Positions 59,155 to 64,000 of a stretch of DNA of 64,000 nt are shown in pieces. A program made the translations under genes and the position numbers. Below the pieces are notes generated by a model, which was given only the letters and a program-made list of their open reading frames with translations, was not told where the DNA came from and searched no databases. How positions within the stretch are numbered: the first letter of the stretch is position 1; every line of letters begins with the position of its first letter. The DNA lies in NCBI RefSeq assembly GCF_004010195.1, contig NC_057760.1, positions 3,151,954 to 3,215,953 of the forward strand. Reading direction: 5' to 3'. Source of the stretch: Chiloscyllium plagiosum. Lineage: Eukaryota.

Positions 59155-62100
59155 CCACACTGTACCAGGGGTGAGTGACCGTCACTCACTGTCCATCTAA
59201 CCCCACACTGTACCAGGGGTGAGTGACCGTCACTCACTGTCCATCTAACCCCACACTGTACCAGGGGTGAGTGACCGTCACTCACTGTCCATCTAACCCC
59301 ACACTGTACCAGGGGTGAGTGACCGTCACTCACTGTCCATCTAACCCCACACTGTACCAGGGGTGAGTGACCGTCACTCACTGTCCATCTAACCCCACAC
59401 TGTACCAGGGGTGAGTGACCGTCACTCACTGTCCATCTAACCCCACACTGTACCAGGGGTGAGTGACCGTCACTCACTGTCCATCTAACCCCACACTGTA
59501 CCAGGGGTGAGTGACCGTCACTCACTGTCCATCTAACCCCACACTGTACCAGGGGTGAGTGACCGTCACTCACTGTCCATCTAACCCCACACTGTACCAG
59601 GGGTGAGTGACCGTCACTCACTGTCCATCTAACCCCACACTGTACCAGGGGTGAGTGACCGTCACTCACTGTCCATCTAACCCCACACTGTACCAGGGGT
59701 GAGTGACCGTCACTCACTGTCCATCTAACCCCACACTGTACCAGGGGTGAGTGACCGTCACTCACTGTCCATCTAACCCCACACTGTACCAGGGGTGAGT
59801 GACCGTCACTCACTGTCCATCTAACCCCACACTGTACCAGGGGTGAGTGACCGTCACTCACTGTCCATCTAACCCCACACTGTACCAGGGGTGAGTGACC
59901 GTCACTCACTGTCCATCTAACCCCACACTGTACCAGGGGTGAGTGACCGTCACTCACTGTCCATCTAACCCCACACTGTACCAGGGGTGAGTGACCGTCA
60001 CTCACTGTCCATCTAACCCCACACTGTACCAGGGGTGAGTGACCGTCACTCACTGTCCATCTAACCCCACACTGTACCAGGGGTGAGTGACCGTCACTCA
60101 CTGTCCATCTAACCCCACACTGTACCAGGGGTGAGTGACCGTCACTCACTGTCCATCTAACCCCACACTGTACCAGGGGTGAGTGACCGTCACTCACTGT
60201 CCATCTAACCCCACACTGTACCAGGGGTGAGTGACCGTCACTCACTGTCCATCTAACCCCACACTGTACCAGGGGTGAGTGACCGTCACTCACTGTCCAT
60301 CTAACCCCACACTGTACCAGGGGTGAGTGACCGTCACTCACTGTCCATCTAACCCCACACTGTACCAGGGGTGAGTGACCGTCACTCACTGTCCATCTAA
60401 CCCCACACTGTACCAGGGGTGAGTGACCGTCACTCACTGTCCATCTAACCCCACACTGTACCAGGGGTGAGTGACCGTCACTCACTGTCCATCTAACCCC
60501 ACACTGTACCAGGGGTGAGTGACCGTCACTCACTGTCCATCTAACCCCACACTGTACCAGGGGTGAGTGACCGTCACTCACTGTCCATCTAACCCCACAC
60601 TGTACCAGGGGTGAGTGACCGTCACTCACTGTCCATCTAACCCCACACTGTACCAGGGGTGAGTGACCGTCACTCACTGTCCATCTAACCCCACACTGTA
60701 CCAGGGGTGAGTGACCGTCACTCACTGTCCATCTAACCCCACACTGTACCAGGGGTGAGTGACCGTCACTCACTGTCCATCTAACCCCACACTGTACCAG
60801 GGGTGAGTGACCGTCACTCACTGTCCATCTAACCCCACACTGTACCAGGGGTGAGTGACCGTCACTCACTGTCCATCTAACCCCACACTGTACCAGGGGT
60901 GAGTGACCGTCACTCACTGTCCATCTAACCCCACACTGTACCAGGGGTGAGTGACCGTCACTCACTGTCCATCTAACCCCACACTGTACCAGGGGTGAGT
61001 GACCGTCACTCACTGTCCATCTAACCCCACACTGTACCAGGGGTGAGTGACCGTCACTCACTGTCCATCTAACCCCACACTGTACCAGGGGTGAGTGACC
61101 GTCACTCACTGTCCATCTAACCCCACACTGTACCAGGGGTGAGTGACCGTCACTCACTGTCCATCTAACCCCACACTGTACCAGGGGTGAGTGACCGTCA
61201 CTCACTGTCCATCTAACCCCACACTGTACCAGGGGTGAGTGACCGTCACTCACTGTCCATCTAACCCCACACTGTACCAGGGGTGAGTGACCGTCACTCA
61301 CTGTCCATCTAACCCCACACTGTACCAGGGGTGAGTGACCGTCACTCACTGTCCATCTAACCCCACACTGTACCAGGGGTGAGTGACCGTCACTCACTGT
61401 CCATCTAACCCCACACTGTACCAGGGGTGAGTGACCGTCACTCACTGTCCATCTAACCCCACACTGTACCAGGGGTGAGTGACCGTCACTCACTGTCCAT
61501 CTAACCCCACACTGTACCAGGGGTGAGTGACCGTCACTCACTGTCCATCTAACCCCACACTGTACCAGGGGTGAGTGACCGTCACTCACTGTCCATCTAA
61601 CCCCACACTGTACCAGGGGTGAGTGACCGTCACTCACTGTCCATCTAACCCCACACTGTACCAGGGGTGAGTGACCGTCACTCACTGTCCATCTAACCCC
61701 ACACTGTACCAGGGGTGAGTGACCGTCACTCACTGTCCATCTAACCCCACACTGTACCAGGGGTGAGTGACCGTCACTCACTGTCCATCTAACCCCACAC
61801 TGTACCAGGGGTGAGTGACCGTCACTCACTGTCCATCTAACCCCACACTGTACCAGGGGTGAGTGACCGTCACTCACTGTCCATCTAACCCCACACTGTA
61901 CCAGGGGTGAGTGACCGTCACTCACTGTCCATCTAACCCCACACTGTACCAGGGGTGAGTGACCGTCACTCACTGTCCATCTAACCCCACACTGTACCAG
62001 GGGTGAGTGACCGTCACTCACTGTCCATCTAACCCCACACTGTACCAGGGGTGAGTGACCGTCACTCACTGTCCATCTAACCCCACACTGTACCAGGGGT

Positions 62101-64000
62101 GAGTGACCGTCACTCACTGTCCATCTAACCCCACACTGTACCAGGGGTGAGTGACCGTCACTCACTGTCCATCTAACCCCACACTGTACCAGGGGTGAGT
62201 GACCGTCACTCACTGTCCATCTAACCCCACACTGTACCAGGGGTGAGTGACCGTCACTCACTGTCCATCTAACCCCACACTGTACCAGGGGTGAGTGACC
62301 GTCACTCACTGTCCATCTAACCCCACACTGTACCAGGGGTGAGTGACCGTCACTCACTGTCCATCTAACCCCACACTGTACCAGGGGTGAGTGACCGTCA
62401 CTCACTGTCCATCTAACCCCACACTGTACCAGGGGTGAGTGACCGTCACTCACTGTCCATCTAACCCCACACTGTACCAGGGGTGAGTGACCGTCACTCA
62501 CTGTCCATCTAACCCCACACTGTACCAGGGGTGAGTGACCGTCACTCACTGTCCATCTAACCCCACACTGTACCAGGGGTGAGTGACCGTCACTCACTGT
62601 CCATCTAACCCCACACTGTACCAGGGGTGAGTGACCGTCACTCACTGTCCATCTAACCCCACACTGTACCAGGGGTGAGTGACCGTCACTCACTGTCCAT
62701 CTAACCCCACACTGTACCAGGGGTGAGTGACCGTCACTCACTGTCCATCTAACCCCACACTGTACCAGGGGTGAGTGACCGTCACTCACTGTCCATCTAA
62801 CCCCACACTGTACCAGGGGTGAGTGACCGTCACTCACTGTCCATCTAACCCCACACTGTACCAGGGGTGAGTGACCGTCACTCACTGTCCATCTAACCCC
62901 ACACTGTACCAGGGGTGAGTGACCGTCACTCACTGTCCATCTAACCCCACACTGTACCAGGGGTGAGTGACCGTCACTCACTGTCCATCTAACCCCACAC
63001 TGTACCAGGGGTGAGTGACCGTCACTCACTGTCCATCTAACCCCACACTGTACCAGGGGTGAGTGACCGTCACTCACTGTCCATCTAACCCCACACTGTA
63101 CCAGGGGTGAGTGACCGTCACTCACTGTCCATCTAACCCCACACTGTACCAGGGGTGAGTGACCGTCACTCACTGTCCATCTAACCCCACACTGTACCAG
63201 GGGTGAGTGACCGTCACTCACTGTCCATCTAACCCCACACTGTACCAGGGGTGAGTGACCGTCACTCACTGTCCATCTAACCCCACACTGTACCAGGGGT
63301 GAGTGACCGTCACTCACTGTCCATCTAACCCCACACTGTACCAGGGGTGAGTGACCGTCACTCACTGTCCATCTAACCCCACACTGTACCAGGGGTGAGT
63401 GACCGTCACTCACTGTCCATCTAACCCCACACTGTACCAGGGGTGAGTGACCGTCACTCACTGTCCATCTAACCCCACACTGTACCAGGGGTGAGTGACC
63501 GTCACTCACTGTCCATCTAACCCCACACTGTACCAGGGGTGAGTGACCGTCACTCACTGTCCATCTAACCCCACACTGTACCAGGGGTGAGTGACCGTCA
63601 CTCACTGTCCATCTAACCCCACACTGTACCAGGGGTGAGTGACCGTCACTCACTGTCCATCTAACCCCACACTGTACCAGGGGTGAGTGACCGTCACTCA
63701 CTGTCCATCTAACCCCACACTGTACCAGGGGTGAGTGACCGTCACTCACTGTCCATCTAACCCCACACTGTACCAGGGGTGAGTGACCGTCACTCACTGT
63801 CCATCTAACCCCACACTGTACCAGGGGTGAGTGACCGTCACTCACTGTCCATCTAACCCCACACTGTACCAGGGGTGAGTGACCGTCACTCACTGTCCAT
63901 CTAACCCCACACTGTACCAGGGGTGAGTGACCGTCACTCACTGTCCATCTAACCCCACACTGTACCAGGGGTGAGTGACCGTCACTCACTGTCCATCTAA
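59155..64000. repeat. 48-bp tandem array, about 101 apparently identical copies, continuing past the window end
   Basis: Unit CCACACTGTACCAGGGGTGAGTGACCGTCACTCACTGTCCATCTAACC; the ORF track shows an invariant 16-aa repeat. Confidence 0.98.

Noticed and set aside
59046..63989. 1647-aa minus-strand ORF
   Set aside because: By-product of a stop-free 48-bp (16-codon) tandem unit running into a SINE; no synonymous variation or domain.
59155..64000. CRISPR-like array (palindromic repeats)
   Set aside because: No variable spacers, no cas genes, eukaryotic context.

Overview
Vertebrate genomic DNA, most likely a shark (HE1-type V-SINEs, dense CR1 LINEs; species not determinable), from a gapped assembly. 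Two protein-coding genes lie on the + strand. SF3B4 has coding exons 2-6 at 1588-5585, with exon 1 outside the window. SV2A has 12 coding exons at 32643-49155 that splice to 2181 nt / 726 aa. Their order and orientation match human. The rest is repeats: HE1 SINEs, CR1 and Rex/Babar-like LINE fragments, Tx1-like 3' ends, a decayed Gypsy element, two solo LTRs, a TA-flanked MITE, several satellites and a terminal array of ~101 apparently identical 48-bp palindromic units. The most notable signal is a set of Penelope-like element remnants from at least four families carrying minimal hammerhead ribozyme motifs, one fully intact at 52630-52664 (- strand). Related observations are a TSD-flanked reiterated Penelope end whose copies all stop inside the hammerhead core, and Tx1-like elements stacked at one target sequence inside a Gypsy LTR. 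Repeat boundaries are approximate unless TSDs are given. Family names come from motif recognition, not database searches.
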